NCBI GenBank assembly: GCA_943787795.1
Contig: CALSNU010000005.1
Span: 192,001-256,000, forward strand
Direction: 5' to 3'
Length of the DNA stretch: 64,000 nt
Origin: an uncultured bacterium
GTDB lineage: Bacteria; Planctomycetota; UBA1135; GCA-002686595
Below, in pieces: positions 9,009-18,687 of this stretch (its first letter is position 1; every line of letters starts with the position of its first letter). Below the pieces are notes generated by a model, which was not told the origin of the DNA, did not search any database, and saw nothing but the letters and a program-made list of their open reading frames with translations. Both the position numbers and the translations under genes were made by a program.

Positions 9009-11726
9009 TCAGTGCGCCTCGAGCCAGTCGGCGCCCCAGCCGAAGTCCACCACGAGGGGGACGTCGAGCTCCACAGCATTCTCCATGGCGTCCTTGACCA
9101 TGGCGATGGTGGCGTCCAGTTCTCGCTCCGGGACCTCGAGCACCAGCTCGTCATGGACCTGGAGCAGGAGCTGTGCGGCGAGCTCAGACTCATCCAGGCG
9201 CTGGTCCAGCTTGATCATTGCGCACTTGATGATGTCAGCAGCGGAGCCCTGAACGGGGGTGTTGACCGCAGCGTTCTCCGAGGCCACGCGGGCCCGTTGG
9301 TTCGACGAGTTGATGTCCGGCATCTGCCGGCGGCGGCCCATGAGGGTCTCCACATAGCCTTGCTCTCTCGCGCCGGCGAGCACGCCGTCGATCCAGCCGC
9401 GCACGCTCGGGAAGGCGGCGAAGTAGCGGTCGATGAAGTCCCGCGCCTCCGGGACGGTGAGCCCCGTCTCCCGCGCGAGGCGCTGGGGCCCCATGCCGTA
9501 GAGCAGGCCGAAGTTGATGGCCTTGGCCTGGCTGCGCATGGTCCGGTCGACCATCTCGGGGAAGACGTCGAAGATCACCGACGCCGTGGAGGCGTGGATG
9601 TCCTTCCCGTCACGGAAGGCCTGGGCGAGCTTCTCGTCGCCGCACAGGTGGGCCAGGACCCGGAGCTCGACCTGGCTGTAGTCCGCCGCGAGGAGGACCC
9701 ACTTGCCGTGCTCGTCCGGCTCGCGCGGGACGAAGGCGGAGCGCAGCCGCCGGCCGCGCTCGGTGCGCACCGGAATATTCTGGAGGTTCGGATCGCTCGA
9801 CGCGAGCCGTCCGGTGGCGGCGACGGCCTGACTAAAGGAGCAGTGGATGCGGCCTGTCTTCGGGTTCACGAAGTTAGGCAGTGCGTCCACGTATGTGCTC
9901 TTGAGCTTCGCGACCTCGCGGTACTCCAGCAGGCGGCGCACGATCTCCACGTCCCCGTAGTTCTCGTTCAGGGTCGCCTGATCCGTGGCGTAGCCAGTCT
10001 TGGTCTTCTTGACCCGCTTGACGCCGGCCTCCTCCTGGATGCGGAGCTTCTCGAAGAGGATCGTCCCGAGGGCCTTCGGGCTGTTCACCTTGAGCCCCGG
10101 CTCTCCTGCCAACCGGCGGACGTCCTGCTCGGCGGCGTCGATGTCGCGCGTCAGCTCCTTGCCCAGCTCCTGGATGGCTGGGACGTTGAGCCGGATACCG
10201 CGCCGTTCCATCTGCGTCAGCACCCGGACCAGCGGCATCTCGAGATCGTGGAACAGGGGCTCGTTGTCGGTCTCCTTGAGCTCGACGGACAGGCGCTCAA
10301 AGAGGCGGTAGGTCACCTCTGCGTCCTCGCAGGCGTACTCGCCCACCACGTCCACGGGCACCTCGGCCATGGTGATCTGCTTCTTCCCCGTGCCGATCAG
10401 GTGCGAGGTCGGGATCTTGGTCATGCCCAGCTCGACCAGGGCCAGGTGATCGAGGTTGTGGCGGCGGCTGGACCCGTGGATGGTGAAGCTCGCCACCATC
10501 GTGTCGAAGGCGGGGGGGGGCACGCTGATCCCCTGGGCGCCCATGACCAGCGCGTCGTACTTCTCGTTCTGCGCGATACGGAAGAGCTCGGGGTCCGTCA
10601 TGAGCGGCCGGAGCCGGTCAAGGAGCGCTGGGGGGCCTCCCTCGAGAACCGGAGGGTCGAGGTTGAACGGCACATAGAACGCTCGCCCGGCTTCGCAGCA
10701 GAACGACATGCCGACGAGGTCCACCTGCAGCGCTGCGAGCCCGGTGGTCTCCGTGTCCCAGGCGAAGGCGCCCGCTGAGGTGAGCTCCGCGATCATCTGG
10801 TCGAGCTCGGCCTCGGTGCGGACGAGGACGTCCTCGCGGTCGCCGGCGCCGTCCACCTGGACGTCGCTGCTCATCTCCTCGGCGAGGCTGCGGAAGTCGA
10901 GGTCCTGGAAGATGCTCCGCAGCTCCGAGACGTCCGGCGTCGCCGGGGTGATCGACTCAAGGCCGCGCTCGAGGGGGACGGCCGTGTCGATGGTCACCAA
11001 CTCCAGGGACAGGAGGAGGTTCTCCCGGTCGTCCTCGAGCTTCTCCCGAGTCTTCCCCTTCACCTCCTCGATGCGCTCGAGGATGCCCGCGACGGAGCCG
11101 AACTCAGCGATGAGCTTCTTGGCCCCTTTCTCGCCGATCCCCTTCACGCCGGGGACGTTGTCGGAGGCGTCGCCCATGATCGCGAGGACGTCGATGACGT
11201 GGTCTGGCGTGGTACCGAACTTGGCCTCCACCTCCTCCACGCCCTCGATCACGAGGTCCACGCCAGGTTTGAAGATGTTGTGCAGCTGCAGACCCGGGTC
11301 CACCAGCTGCATGAGGTCCTTGTCCCCGGTGACGATCCTGACCTCGTGTCCGGCCTCGCGGGCGCGCGTCGCCAGGGTGCCGATGACGTCGTCGGCCTCG
11401 TAGCCGGGGATCTCGAACAGCTCGACGCCGTGCGCCGCGATGATCCTGCGGATGTCCTCCAGCTGCTCGATCATCTCCTCGGGGGCCCGCTCACGGGTCG
11501 CCTTGTATTCGGCGTAGCGCTCGTGTCGGAACGTCGGTCCCTTGGCGTCCAGCGCGACGGCCACCAGGTCGGGAGCTTCCTCGCGGAGGATCCGGCGCAG
11601 CGCCATGGTGAAGCCGTAGGTTGCGCCCGTGGGGCGCCCGTCGGGCGCGGAGAGGCCCGAGCGCATCATCGCGAAGTGCGACCGATAGGCGACGGCGGTG
11701 CCGTCGAAGAGGAAGAGTCGACCCAT
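9009..11726 (-). CDS. polA: DNA polymerase I
   Basis: 5'-3' exonuclease (YEADDVIGT, GDASDNVPGV), DTETTGL 3'-5' exonuclease, DYSQVELR, KAINFGLLYG, QVHDEL. Confidence 0.98.
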   Translation of the reverse strand: MGRLFLFDGTAVAYRSHFAMMRSGLSAPDGRPTGATYGFTMALRRILREEAPDLVAVALDAKGPTFRHERYAEYKATRERAPEEMIEQLEDIRRIIAAHGVELFEIPGYEADDVIGTLATRAREAGHEVRIVTGDKDLMQLVDPGLQLHNIFKPGVDLVIEGVEEVEAKFGTTPDHVIDVLAIMGDASDNVPGVKGIGEKGAKKLIAEFGSVAGILERIEEVKGKTREKLEDDRENLLLSLELVTIDTAVPLERGLESITPATPDVSELRSIFQDLDFRSLAEEMSSDVQVDGAGDREDVLVRTEAELDQMIAELTSAGAFAWDTETTGLAALQVDLVGMSFCCEAGRAFYVPFNLDPPVLEGGPPALLDRLRPLMTDPELFRIAQNEKYDALVMGAQGISVPPPAFDTMVASFTIHGSSRRHNLDHLALVELGMTKIPTSHLIGTGKKQITMAEVPVDVVGEYACEDAEVTYRLFERLSVELKETDNEPLFHDLEMPLVRVLTQMERRGIRLNVPAIQELGKELTRDIDAAEQDVRRLAGEPGLKVNSPKALGTILFEKLRIQEEAGVKRVKKTKTGYATDQATLNENYGDVEIVRRLLEYREVAKLKSTYVDALPNFVNPKTGRIHCSFSQAVAATGRLASSDPNLQNIPVRTERGRRLRSAFVPREPDEHGKWVLLAADYSQVELRVLAHLCGDEKLAQAFRDGKDIHASTASVIFDVFPEMVDRTMRSQAKAINFGLLYGMGPQRLARETGLTVPEARDFIDRYFAAFPSVRGWIDGVLAGAREQGYVETLMGRRRQMPDINSSNQRARVASENAAVNTPVQGSAADIIKCAMIKLDQRLDESELAAQLLLQVHDELVLEVPERELDATIAMVKDAMENAVELDVPLVVDFGWGADWLEAH

Positions 11727-11816
11727 GACCGTGAGGCTACGGGTCGGGGCTCAGCGTTGCTCGCGCCCTCGCCCGGAAACCGGAAGCCCCACCGGGGAAC
11801 GAGGGCGGCGGGGCGC

Positions 11817-11872
11817 CGCCGTGTGGGCAAGCCCGTGTGGGTAAGGCCGTGTGGACAAGGCCGTGTGGGCAA
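11817..11872. repeat. 14-bp tandem repeat (GGCCGTGTGGGCAA consensus, 4 copies)
   Basis: cgccgtgtgggcaa gcccgtgtgggtaa ggccgtgtggacaa ggccgtgtgggcaa. Confidence 0.8.
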
Positions 11873-11968
11873 GGGGGGACGGCGACTCGCGGGGAGAGCC
11901 CTGCCCTGCCGTGCCGCAGCTCGCCATGGGAGAAGCCGGTCTCGGTGAGTCCCGCTCGGCGAGATGAG

Positions 11969-12048
11969 CTCACCGCCCGTTCATCTCACAGCCGGGTCGA
12001 CTCACAGCCGGGTCAACTCACTGCCGGGTCAACTCACTGCCAGGTCAC
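11969..12048. repeat. 16-bp tandem repeat (5 copies) whose last copy is the 3' end of the nuclease gene
   Basis: ctcaccgcccgttcat ctcacagccgggtcga ctcacagccgggtcaa ctcactgccgggtcaa ctcactgccaggtcac. The last unit contains the TGA at 12034-12036. Confidence 0.85.
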
Positions 12049-13347
12049 CGACCAGGCGTCGGTGAAGTTGCTGGTCACCTGGCCGGCGACGGCGTCCCGG
12101 TACCAGGCCTGGAAGTTCCAGGTCTCGCCGATCACTGCGCTCACCGGACCGGTGGGCTGGGGCAGCGAGGTGAAGTCCACCGCGACCGCAAAGCTCCCGA
12201 AGAAGCTCGAGTTGAGGATCTGGCCGCCGACGACGCGGCCGATGTTGCCACCGAGGCACAGGTTGCCCGCGCTCCCGCCCGGGTTGGTGATGAACCCCTG
12301 GGTCTGGCTGCACAGGAAGAAGCCCGCGGACTGCGTCGGCAGCTGATTCGCGAGCAGCCGGAAGTCGTCGTTGGCGATGACGGCGCTGCCGCGGCCCTCG
12401 ATCACGCCGGGTTGCCCCGTGGAGTTGGACGCGGCGGGGGAGCAGTAGGCGGCACCGGGCTCACACAGCCCGGCGAACAGGCAGTCGACCCACTCTGGGT
12501 GGTCAACGAAGGGGTTGCGGTTCCCCTGAAACGAGGCCACGACGTCGTTGCGCGTCAGCTCGAAGGCGTCGACCGGATCGGAGTAGTGCCAGTCGAGGAG
12601 CACGGCGAGCCTACCCATGTACGCGACGGGCTCGTTCTGACCGGTATTCGAGGCGGCGATCTGGCCGGTGTTGTCCGTCAGGATCAGGTTCGGCTCGGAG
12701 ACCCCGGTGACGCCGTGGGTGCCGCCCTCGTAGCGCACGTCAGCGTAGAGCTGCGCTCGGGCGATATCTCCCTGGTTGAACACGTTCACCTGGAACGTCC
12801 CGTTGGTGAAGGAGCCTGACGTCCAGTTGGACTGGCCAGGGAAGACACCGCTGCCGCCGCCCACGCCGCCGTTGGAGTCGGTGGTGAGCTCTCCGCAGCC
12901 CGCGCTGCAGGCGCCAAATGGCTTGTTACTCCGGCTGGAGTTGTAGCCGTCGTCACACAAGAAGAGCATGTGGCAGTCGGTGAAGGGCATGTTGCCCGAC
13001 CCGTTGCTGGGGAACCCGTACGAGGTCGGCCAGCTGTGCTCGCGGTTGTAGAAGGAGTTCCCTCCGGATTGCCGGACGAAGCTGCGGTTCCGGTAGACGT
13101 CCAGGATGCGCGACGAGTTCGCGGGGTCGCGCTGCGCGACCCCCAGGATGTCCCAGGTGTCGGTGGAGCTGCTCGTGTACGGATACCGCGTGTGGTCGTC
13201 GATGACGGCGTGCAGCGAGCTGCGCAGCGACGCCGCGGTGCTCGTGTCGACGCTCGAGTAGTAGCCAGGGGGCGGCCCTTGCGCGAAGCCCGAGGCGGCG
13301 AGAACGACGATGGCGATGGGGAGGCCGGTGATCTGGGTGAATCGCAT
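12034..13347 (-). CDS. Secreted endonuclease I (EndA/Bsn-like) family nuclease with conserved C-terminal domain
   Basis: Signal peptide (...ASGFA-Q), NREHSWP, DCHMLF, NSSRSNKPF, GDIARAQLY..VRY, QGNRNPFVDHPEWV, then a 137-aa C-terminal domain. Confidence 0.88.
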   Translation of the reverse strand: MRFTQITGLPIAIVVLAASGFAQGPPPGYYSSVDTSTAASLRSSLHAVIDDHTRYPYTSSSTDTWDILGVAQRDPANSSRILDVYRNRSFVRQSGGNSFYNREHSWPTSYGFPSNGSGNMPFTDCHMLFLCDDGYNSSRSNKPFGACSAGCGELTTDSNGGVGGGSGVFPGQSNWTSGSFTNGTFQVNVFNQGDIARAQLYADVRYEGGTHGVTGVSEPNLILTDNTGQIAASNTGQNEPVAYMGRLAVLLDWHYSDPVDAFELTRNDVVASFQGNRNPFVDHPEWVDCLFAGLCEPGAAYCSPAASNSTGQPGVIEGRGSAVIANDDFRLLANQLPTQSAGFFLCSQTQGFITNPGGSAGNLCLGGNIGRVVGGQILNSSFFGSFAVAVDFTSLPQPTGPVSAVIGETWNFQAWYRDAVAGQVTSNFTDAWSVTWQ

Positions 13348-13473
13348 GCTGGTGGACCGCAGGAGGCGGGGTCCAAGAGTAACGCGGCGGGGCCGCCTTC
13401 CCGCTGGAAGACGGCCCCGATCCTGCGCCTGCGCCCCGAGTTGAGTCGGGACGGGGCATCCTCGGTCAGCGGA

Positions 13474-14652
13474 TCAAAGGAACGCGATCTCGAGACCGTT
13501 GGTGAAGTTCGAGGTCGCGGACCCAGCGACAGCGTCGCGGTGCCAGGCCTGGAAGCGCCAGGTCTCACCAGCGGCAACGGTCACGAACCCGGTGGGCTGG
13601 GGGACCTGGGTGAGATCAAGGGCGAGCGAGAAGGCCCCGGTGGTCCCGGAGTTCTTGATCTGCCCGGCGCCGACGTAGCGCCCGATCGACCCGCCGAGGC
13701 AGAGGTTGCCGCTGCTGCCGCCGGGGTTCGCGACGAACCCGCTGTCGAGGCTGGCGAGGAAGAAGCCGAAGGAGTTGACGGGGAGGCTCGATGCCTCAAG
13801 CGTCAGGTCGTTCGAGGCTGCGAGGGGCGTGCCGCTCGCGCCCAGGGCGCTGATGCTCCCCGTGCTGTTGTTGTTCGCCGAGCAGTACGGCGTGCCGACG
13901 CTGCCGCTGCCGCCGCAGGAGCCCGCGGAGGCCGTCGTCGTGCAGCTCGTCGTCGGGTTGATGGCGTTCGGCGACGGGTCGGCGTACGGGGGGTTCGGGT
14001 TGCCGTTCGTCGAGAAGTTGACGAACACGTCCGTGCACCACTCGCCGGGGCAGCCGCCGTCGCGGATGATCCCGGAGGGGAGGAAGGAGCCGTCCGGCCC
14101 GAACTCGGGAGCGCCGTCGTAGAACACGTCGCCGGCGTCGCCGTCCCAGAAGGCCACGGCGTCGAGGAGCTCGACGTCCATGTCCGTCGCGATACGGGTG
14201 GTCAGGGAGCCGACGGGGTCGGAGATGTCGGTACCCGCCCAGGTCTGGATAATGTCCTGGCGCTTGATCGGGTCCGGCACGTTGACGAGATAGATCGTCG
14301 CGCTGCTGTTCTCGAACATGTTGTCGCCATAGGACGCGTTGTCGATGTCGCCGGGGAAGGCCGTGGCGGCCTCCGAGCTACCGAGAACGTAGAACTCGTT
14401 CGTGAAGACGTCGCCCGCCAGGTCGTAGGCGAAGTCGAGCGTGCCGACGCCGCCGGTCGCGCCGGCGGGGTCACCCTCGACGACGAGGACCATGAGCCCG
14501 TCGGTGGACTGACCAGGGAGCCCTTGGATCTCGACGTACTCCTGGTCGACGCCGGAGGTCGAGATGCGGACCTCGGTCATGACCTGGGACTGGGCGATGC
14601 TCGCGAAGGCGAGGGTGCCTGCAACGTGGACGAAGTTCTTGGAGAGTTTCAT
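13474..14652 (-). CDS. Secreted acidic protein (possible lamin-tail-like N-terminal domain) with conserved C-terminal domain
   Basis: MKLSKNF...AFASIAQS-Q signal peptide from ATG 14652, MTEVRI...DQEYVEIQG pattern, and the same C-terminal domain as the adjacent nuclease. Confidence 0.8.
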   Translation of the reverse strand: MKLSKNFVHVAGTLAFASIAQSQVMTEVRISTSGVDQEYVEIQGLPGQSTDGLMVLVVEGDPAGATGGVGTLDFAYDLAGDVFTNEFYVLGSSEAATAFPGDIDNASYGDNMFENSSATIYLVNVPDPIKRQDIIQTWAGTDISDPVGSLTTRIATDMDVELLDAVAFWDGDAGDVFYDGAPEFGPDGSFLPSGIIRDGGCPGEWCTDVFVNFSTNGNPNPPYADPSPNAINPTTSCTTTASAGSCGGSGSVGTPYCSANNNSTGSISALGASGTPLAASNDLTLEASSLPVNSFGFFLASLDSGFVANPGGSSGNLCLGGSIGRYVGAGQIKNSGTTGAFSLALDLTQVPQPTGFVTVAAGETWRFQAWHRDAVAGSATSNFTNGLEIAFL

Positions 14653-15058
14653 GGGGGGAGGTCCGGGACCAGTTGGAGAGCGCGAGTCAGAAGGAAGCGT
14701 GGCGCGACGTGGAGGCCTGCCGTGCAGGGCAGAGAAGCCGTCCCGAGAAGCGTCGCGATCGGAGCCCGAGAGCCCCGGCACGACAGAATTCGCCAACGAG
14801 GATAAGGATCGCCCTGGAGCGGACGATGAAGAAAGACAACTCAATCCTGCGGGGGTGCCGCCCGTGTGTCGAGTCGGGGCGTCCCCGGATTTCCGCCTCA
14901 CGGCTGGCCGTGTCTGATCGGGAAGGGGATTGTGGGCTCGGGGCCGTACGGAAGTGTCTCCTTGCGAGACAGGTGCGCCCCTCTCCTGTCTTCCGATCGC
15001 GCCCCAAGACCCCCGCACGCGTCAGCTGGCCCCACCAAGGATCCACGCGCTCAAGCCC

Positions 15059-16105
15059 ATGATGGACGACCAGCAGCCTCCCGTACCCACCGCCCGCGCG
15101 CTCCAGGGAGGGGTCCTCATGGGCCTCGCCAATCTCGTCCCCGGGATCAGCGGCGGGACGATGATCCTCGCGATCGGCCTCTACGAGCAGTTCATCGCCG
15201 CCGTGGCCGACGTCTCGAGGCTCCGTCTCAAGCGCTCCTCTGTTCAATTCCTCACCGTCATGGCGGTGGGACTCGGGGCCGCGGTGGTGATCTTCTCGGG
15301 GGTGGCTGTGCTCCTCGTGACGGAGTACCGGCCGGTCATGTACGCGCTGTTCATCGGCATGACGCTCGGCGGCGCGCCGGAGCTCTGGCGCGAGTGCCGT
15401 CCCCTTCGACCGGGGACCGTGGCCGCCGTGGCTGTCGGCGTCGCGGCCATGGCTGCGTTCGCGTCGCTCGGAGGGAGTGCCCCATTGCAGGCGACGATCC
15501 CCGTGCTGCTCCTCGTCGGAGCCGCCGGAGCGAGCAGCATGATCCTCCCCGGGATCAGTGGTTCCTACGTCCTCCTCGTGCTCGGGATGTACGACACGGT
15601 CGTCGGATCGCTCTCGTTCAGTCGCTTGAAGGAGAGCCCCGTCGAGTCCCTCTCGATCATCGTCCCCGTGGTGCTCGGCGCCGTCCTCGGCATCGCGCTC
15701 CTCTCCAACCTCCTCAAGGCGCTGCTCCAGCGTTTCGCGGCGCCCTCCCACGGTGTGCTGCTCGGACTCCTCCTGGGATCGGTGTTGGGGCTCTACCCGT
15801 TCCAGCAGCCGGTACACCCCGAGCTCGCGACCCGAGACGTCCGCAAGGCGATCGTCTCCGTGGTCGTGGAGCAAGAGCCCGTGGAGCAGGTGGCTGCCCG
15901 CGTCGAGGCGGTCGACGCCAAGGACCTGTCGGTCTACGCCAGCAGGTGGGAGGGGCAGTCGAAGGGGGACCTCAAGCGCGCCGGGCTGGCGCTCGCACGC
16001 TTCCGTCCGGACCTCGTCCAGGTCGCCGGGGCGGCGCTGCTGTTCCTCCTGGGATTCGCCGTCACCCGACGCCTCGGGCGCGGGGGCCGGTCGGCTGCAT
16101 CCTGA
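15059..16105 (+). CDS. DUF368 family membrane protein (putative undecaprenyl-phosphate translocase)
   Basis: Duplicated motifs MGLANLVPGISGGT and SSMILPGISGSY, with many TM segments. Confidence 0.9.
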   Translation: MMDDQQPPVPTARALQGGVLMGLANLVPGISGGTMILAIGLYEQFIAAVADVSRLRLKRSSVQFLTVMAVGLGAAVVIFSGVAVLLVTEYRPVMYALFIGMTLGGAPELWRECRPLRPGTVAAVAVGVAAMAAFASLGGSAPLQATIPVLLLVGAAGASSMILPGISGSYVLLVLGMYDTVVGSLSFSRLKESPVESLSIIVPVVLGAVLGIALLSNLLKALLQRFAAPSHGVLLGLLLGSVLGLYPFQQPVHPELATRDVRKAIVSVVVEQEPVEQVAARVEAVDAKDLSVYASRWEGQSKGDLKRAGLALARFRPDLVQVAGAALLFLLGFAVTRRLGRGGRSAAS

Positions 16106-16305
16106 GGCGTCCTGCTCGGCCGGGGCCTGGCCATCACCTGACTCGACGGATGGGGTACGGCGCGCAGGACTCGCCCGCATCAGGGTCGACGGGCGCACGG
16201 GATCTTCGCTCACCCGGGCCACTCGAGTCCTTCGCTGCCCTTCCAGCGAGCGGGGAATCGAAGGAACTGTCGCGTCGACGGCCGGGTCTGCCGCAAAATT
16301 CGGCC

Positions 16306-16869
16306 ATGCGACCGCTCCTCCGAATGACCCTCCGCCTTGCCCCGCTCCTGCTCCTCGGCGCCTGCTCTTCGACCGCGACCACCGTCGAGACCTTCAGCGA
16401 CCCAAGGGACGCCACGGAGGGCCTGGTTGCGGCGCTCGAGGCGGACGATGTCGCCGAGGCCAACAGGATCTTCGGGCTCTACGCCCGCTCGTCCGTGCTC
16501 CGCAACTCGGTCTTCTATGCCCTTGTCGAGGCGGCGTCCGGCGAGTTCTTCGCGGGCAATGACGCCAGCGGCCGACGCCTCGTCGAGTTCGCGCAGGCGA
16601 ACTTCCCGAGGGCGGGCTACGAGAACGCCGACGCGCTGGAGGCCGAGCTGCGCGCGGGGCTGGGCGAGGGACTCGAGGTGGTCGAATCCGCCTACGCCAA
16701 CGCCACCGCAGCGCTGAAGGCCCTGCAGGAGGTTCAGGACGCCATCGACAACGAGGAGACCCTGCTCGCCGAGGAGCGCTTCAACGCCTTCGTCCGGACC
16801 TGGAACGGGGAGCCCGCTGAGCTTCAGGCTGACGTCGACCGGATCAAGAAGTTGCTGGCGGACGACTGA
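16306..16869 (+). CDS. Hypothetical helical lipoprotein
   Basis: Lipobox LLLLGA-C, Ala/Glu-rich helices, typical codon bias. Confidence 0.75.
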   Translation: MRPLLRMTLRLAPLLLLGACSSTATTVETFSDPRDATEGLVAALEADDVAEANRIFGLYARSSVLRNSVFYALVEAASGEFFAGNDASGRRLVEFAQANFPRAGYENADALEAELRAGLGEGLEVVESAYANATAALKALQEVQDAIDNEETLLAEERFNAFVRTWNGEPAELQADVDRIKKLLADD

Positions 16870-16870
16870 A

Positions 16871-16942
16871 GCCCTGCAGGTACGGGAGGCCCGGCTGGTA
16901 CGCGGCGCCCGGCTGGTACCTCCGACCCGGCTGGCACGCGGC
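16871..16942. repeat. 18-bp degenerate tandem repeat (4 copies) between convergent genes
   Basis: gccctgcaggtacgggag gcccggctggtacgcggc gcccggctggtacctccg acccggctggcacgcggc. Confidence 0.75.
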
Positions 16943-16950
16943 GCGGTGAG

Positions 16951-18327
16951 TCAGCGGCGCTCGAACTGGCGGACGCCGAACCACCCCGCCGCATAGGTGC
17001 CCACCGCTGCGAAGGCGAGGTGGCCTCCCGAGAGGGGAGCGGTCATCCCGCCCGATAGGGCGAGCCCCGCGGCCAGGCCAGCGGCTGCGCCGAGGGCGAC
17101 TTCGAAGACGGGAACGGGGGCGATTTCCTGGGCGGCGTCCCTGCGGCTGGAGACCTCGTGGTCCGCGACGGGTCGCCCGGTGATCGCTAATCCAGCGGCT
17201 GAGCGGATACGGCGCAAGGCGCCTCCGGTCCAGCCTCCCACGGCGCCGAGCAGGCAGGCGTGAAGGACGTACATGACGGGGATGTCGAACCCGTGCTCGA
17301 CGGCGAGGGGCGCGGCCGCAGCGAGCCATGAGAACGCCGCTACGGACGCCAGGAGGGCGAGCGACGCGCGAACCTGGTGGCCCCGGGCTGCGGCCTGCCT
17401 GCGGTGGCCTTCCTCTCGCTCGGACTCCGCGGCGTCGTGTAGCGTCAGGAGGTCCTCCAGTCCCGGGGCCAACCCCGGGGTGAAGCCGCCGAGCCCGAGG
17501 CCCTGGCGCGTGGAATCGGGGAGGCTCCCCCAGAGCCGCGCGAACTCCACCCGCCGCCCGGAACTGTCGAGGGAGAAGAGGCCCGCGCGCGCCGCCCGAG
17601 CCTGGGCCCGCCGGGCTCCCTCGAGGTCACCGCGGGCCAGCCGCTGCTCCGCTCGGTGGAGCTCGAAGCGAGCGGTCTCCAGGTTCACCTCTACCCCTTC
17701 ATCAGGCGCCTCGCCAAGCGATAGGGACGTCCCGGCGGCGTCCATGTTCTCGAGTGCATCGCTGTTCTCGAGTGCGTCGCTGGCCCCGTGTCGCCCCAGG
17801 GTCCGCTCCCGGGTCAGGGAGAGGGCGGCTCGAAGCTCCCGTCGCTCCGCCGAGGCGAGGGGGCTCGGGTGCGCTCGGAGTTCTTCCGGGCCAAGGTGGG
17901 CGAGAAGATCCGCCTCGTCCTCCGACTCGAGCGACAGGCGAGCCTCCTCCACCTCCATCCAATGGACCCGGAATCCGGGGGGGGGAGCGAACGGGCTGGC
18001 CGGTTCAGGACCTGTCCATCGGCCCACTGAGGCCAACCAGAACCAGGTCAGAACCAGGCCCTCGTCTGTCGACTCGCGGGTCTCGCCGAGGGTCCTTCGT
18101 AGCCTCGTCGAGCCTCCGATGAAGACCCGCGCGGCGCGCCGAGCCGCCGTCTCCGCGCTCTCTCCGGGGCCCACCTCAGCTCGCGGCAGGCTCGCGAGCC
18201 CGCCGGACTCCATGATCGCAATCCGGGCGCCGGCCTCCGTACGGCGGATCACGATGACGCCGCCGGCGCTGATCACCGTGCTGCTCGCAGGATCAGCGCC
18301 TCGTCCCGTGTCTTCCCCCTCGCTCAT
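16951..18327 (-). CDS. Degenerate NUDIX-fold domain, helical linker and C-terminal multi-TM region
   Basis: ISAGGVIV...LPRAEVGPGESAETAARR resembles a Nudix box but lacks the RExxEE glutamates. About four hydrophobic segments at the C terminus. Confidence 0.6.
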   Translation of the reverse strand: MSEGEDTGRGADPASSTVISAGGVIVIRRTEAGARIAIMESGGLASLPRAEVGPGESAETAARRAARVFIGGSTRLRRTLGETRESTDEGLVLTWFWLASVGRWTGPEPASPFAPPPGFRVHWMEVEEARLSLESEDEADLLAHLGPEELRAHPSPLASAERRELRAALSLTRERTLGRHGASDALENSDALENMDAAGTSLSLGEAPDEGVEVNLETARFELHRAEQRLARGDLEGARRAQARAARAGLFSLDSSGRRVEFARLWGSLPDSTRQGLGLGGFTPGLAPGLEDLLTLHDAAESEREEGHRRQAAARGHQVRASLALLASVAAFSWLAAAAPLAVEHGFDIPVMYVLHACLLGAVGGWTGGALRRIRSAAGLAITGRPVADHEVSSRRDAAQEIAPVPVFEVALGAAAGLAAGLALSGGMTAPLSGGHLAFAAVGTYAAGWFGVRQFERR

Positions 18328-18625
18328 GCCCCCGATCGTAAGGGGGCTCGTCCCGGATGTCGCGGCTCCGGGCAGACCCCGGGAAGACGCACATTCCAAG
18401 GGGCTGAGTGCCCGTCTCGATCCAGGACGGCCCGGCCACCCCAGGTCGGTCGTCGGACCTCGCTTTGGGGGAGGCGGGGCCCGGGACGGGTGGAGGCTGG
18501 GGCCGCGCCAGGAGCCCCTGCAACGTGAGGCCAGGGTGGTGGACCGGTCTTCCCCCGAACGCCGACAGCCTCAAATGCCGATAGCCCCAAAAGCCGGGAG
18601 CCCTAATGACCGGAAGCCCTAATTG

Positions 18626-18669
18626 CCGGGAGCCCCCGTCGCTCGTTCAACGGCGATGGGGGCTCCCGG
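18626..18669 (-). terminator. Stem-loop downstream of the small basic protein gene
   Basis: ccgggagcccccgtcgc ... gcgatgggggctcccgg, ~17-bp stem. Confidence 0.65.
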
Positions 18670-18687
18670 AGTGGGTGGTGACTCAGG

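Noticed and set aside
6145..13347. dinB, polA and nuclease as a defence or mutagenesis island
   Set aside because: They are ordinary genes in different transcription units, the nuclease is secreted, and no imuA/imuB or mobility genes are present.
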